Source: Fimbriimonadales bacterium
GTDB lineage: Bacteria > Armatimonadota > Fimbriimonadia > Fimbriimonadales > JABRVX01
DNA length: 19,583 nt
Reading direction: 5' to 3'
NCBI GenBank assembly: GCA_045862955.1
Contig: BTVI01000051.1
Span: 1 to 19,583 of the forward strand
Shown here piece after piece: positions 18,059 through 19,583 of this stretch (within the stretch, counting starts at the first letter, position 1; the number at the start of each line of letters is the position of its first letter). The position numbers and the translations under genes are program-made. The notes below the pieces were generated by a model. That model ran no database searches. It had not been told where the DNA came from and saw only the letters and a list, made by a program, of their open reading frames with translations.

Positions 18059-18329
18059 GACTAGGCAAGGGCGTCAGGTGCTAGGTAAGGGGGACAGATT
18101 CCTCCATGCCTCCTCTTTTCCACGCGTCGGTGGCAGAGCGGAGCGGCGCTGCCGGAGCAGCACCTTTCCATGGCCTCCACCGTCTACTCGTCCATCCGCG
18201 CGGCACCGAACAGAGCGCCCGCTGATTCCGGCACTGAGACAGAAGGGCCCGTTCAGCCCGCACTGCACGTGGTGACCGTCGCTCCGCTCTGATTCCGAAG
18301 CGTGACAACGTGTAGGAACTGTAGGTTCG

Positions 18330-19028
18330 CTACTCGATTCGGTCCCGCTTTGCAAGATTGTGGCGAGCACAGAGGAGTTGGATGTTCTCCCCAACGAGGG
18401 AGGAGCCGCCTCTGGAATACGGGATGATGTGGTCGAAGTGCAGGTTGTCAGTAGCTCCGCATATCCGACACCGACCACCGTCCCTCTTCCAAACCTCCTG
18501 CTTCACATGCGATGGTATGAGCCGGGTGTGGTCCAAATCGCTTGCACGGCTAGCTTGGCCTAGCTCGGGCTCTGGTTCGCGAAGGGTGAGGCGGAAGCGA
18601 CAGACTACTCTGCGGTCATCTTCCTCGAGCCACGCGTCTCGGAGGTCGAACACTCCGTTGAACACCCATATGCCGGGTCTGAGTTTTTCGTAGACGTGGA
18701 CGCGGTGTGGTGGAGACTGCCCGCACTTGTGCAGGTGCGCTGCCTTCCAGAAGTGGCCGTTCTGGGTCGGTTGTCCGGCCGAGGTGGTGAGTGGCTGATC
18801 CAGGGTCTTCGGATCGGGTCCGCCTTGCGTTCTTGGCGCATCGTGACCTTCGTAGATGAGGGTACGTCCGTCGTCCTCGATGCGATCGCGATACGGGGCA
18901 TTGGGGCGTTGAGACATGAGAATGACACTGTGGTCGGCGTGGGTTCGGAAGTTCATACCCCGTTGGAGGTTCCTGCCCTCGCGTTGGCACATCTCGAGAT
19001 AGGTAACGATATCGCCTTGGCTAAACAT
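18330..19028 (-). CDS. HNH endonuclease with an SRA/PUA-like N-terminal domain (probable modification-dependent restriction enzyme)
   Basis: C-terminal HNH: VWKRDGGRCRICG...HFDHIIPYSRGGS...NIQLLCARHN..K. The N-terminal PYRD....GRTLIYEG, DQPL...N, VHVYEK...W.F.G.F.L.D.W and CRFRL pattern resembles SRA domains. TATAAT (19052-19057) and AGGAG lie upstream on the minus strand. Confidence 0.85.
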   Translation of the reverse strand: MFSQGDIVTYLEMCQREGRNLQRGMNFRTHADHSVILMSQRPNAPYRDRIEDDGRTLIYEGHDAPRTQGGPDPKTLDQPLTTSAGQPTQNGHFWKAAHLHKCGQSPPHRVHVYEKLRPGIWVFNGVFDLRDAWLEEDDRRVVCRFRLTLREPEPELGQASRASDLDHTRLIPSHVKQEVWKRDGGRCRICGATDNLHFDHIIPYSRGGSSLVGENIQLLCARHNLAKRDRIE

Positions 19029-19090
19029 CGCGGTGGATCGGCTCCTGGATGATTATATTCCAAAGTCGGCGCATCAGGGCTCTTTGGGGC

Positions 19091-19138
19091 TTGACAAACG
19101 GGTGGGAGGGGTGTAGAATAGTGTAGACGAATGTCTAC
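19091..19138 (+). promoter_or_regulatory. Sigma70 promoter with an operator-like palindrome
   Basis: TTGACA (19091-19096), 17-bp spacer, TAGAAT (19114-19119). GTAGAC-GAAT-GTCTAC (19123-19138) covers the predicted +1 and the ATG. Confidence 0.8.
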
Positions 19139-19583
19139 TATAGTTCACCTGCACCTGCATTCGGCGGCAAGCTTTCTGGACGGGGCCGACTTCATCGAGG
19201 ACCTAGTGGCCCGGGCGGCAGAGCTCGGCATGGGCGCGCTCGCCCTCACCGACCACGACGTGATGTGCGCCGCCGTACGCTTTTTGGAGGCCGCCGACGG
19301 CTGCGGGGTGCGGCCCATTCTGGGGGCGGAGGTCACCTTCGTTTCGTGGCCGGGCCTCTTGCCCGAGACACGGGGGGTCGGACCTTCGGGTGGCCACTCC
19401 TCACCACTGCGAGTGGTAAGGGATAGGGGGGTACCGGGAGGAGAGGAAGCACCGGAATCCGTCATGCTGAGCCTGTCGAAGCATGCGCATGCAGACAGCA
19501 CGTCACCGTCTTCGGATGCTGCGGATGCGGGAGCCGGCCTCAAGCGTGGGCAGGCTCAGCCAGGGCGGGGGGGGGGGTTGGCC
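19131..19583 (+). CDS. dnaE2: DNA polymerase III alpha family, N-terminal PHP domain, probably error-prone DnaE2 (partial, runs off the window)
   Basis: Hand translation: MSTIVHLHLHSAASFLDGADFIEDLVARAAELGMGALALTDHDVMCAAVRFLEAADGCGVRPILGAEVT..., open to the window end. SFLDGA, VRF and GAEVT favour DnaE2 over replicative DnaE1. A stand-alone PHP protein cannot be excluded. Confidence 0.75.
   Translation, partial: MSTIVHLHLHSAASFLDGADFIEDLVARAAELGMGALALTDHDVMCAAVRFLEAADGCGVRPILGAEVTFVSWPGLLPETRGVGPSGGHSSPLRVVRDRGVPGGEEAPESVMLSLSKHAHADSTSPSSDAADAGAGLKRGQAQPGRGGGLA
19460..19568 (+). mobile_element. REP/MITE-like element copy inside the dnaE2-like ORF
   Basis: Aligns along its length with 17952-18059. 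The left arm CGTCATGCTGAGCCTGTCGAAGCATG is identical, the internal TGCGGATGCGGGAGCCGGC is conserved, and the right arm has decayed but retains CAGGCTCAGC. Confidence 0.85.

Noticed and set aside
18060..19060. Integron cassette (attC) or IscB/OMEGA system around the HNH gene
   Set aside because: No RYYYAAC...GTTRRRY core bounds the palindrome. The protein lacks PLMP and RuvC motifs.
19338..19583. Intein in DnaE
   Set aside because: The insert has no N-terminal Cys/Ser block A or other splicing motifs, and much of it matches the local DNA repeat.

Overview
GC-rich bacterial window. The gene mix tentatively suggests Armatimonadota or a similar lineage, which is inference only. From left to right: the trailer part of a type I-E-like CRISPR array (25 full plus 1 partial 29-bp repeats, 25 spacers of 32 bp, no cas genes in the window); ahcY; a secreted hypothetical protein; an SmtB/ArsR regulator with its operator and a P1B-2 heavy-metal ATPase; a GAF/fRMsr-like gene; a ~193-bp tandem repeat; tRNA-Pro(GGG); a small membrane ORF; purC; futalosine-pathway prenyltransferase and mqnA; a beta-propeller/phosphoesterase; two Gfo/Idh/MocA oxidoreductases with a TIM-barrel isomerase; a REP-type repeat cluster; an SRA-HNH nuclease; and the 5' end of a dnaE2-like polymerase. 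The last gene runs off the window and is absent from the ORF track. Three observations stand out. (1) The small ORF at 7774-7932 has an in-frame UGA followed by a bacterial SECIS-like hairpin, making it a candidate 52-aa membrane selenoprotein (UxxxxC). (2) A copy of the neighbouring REP/MITE element sits in frame inside the DnaE2-like PHP domain. (3) A GTAGAC-N4-GTCTAC palindrome lies over the dnaE2 start and may be an undescribed SOS box.
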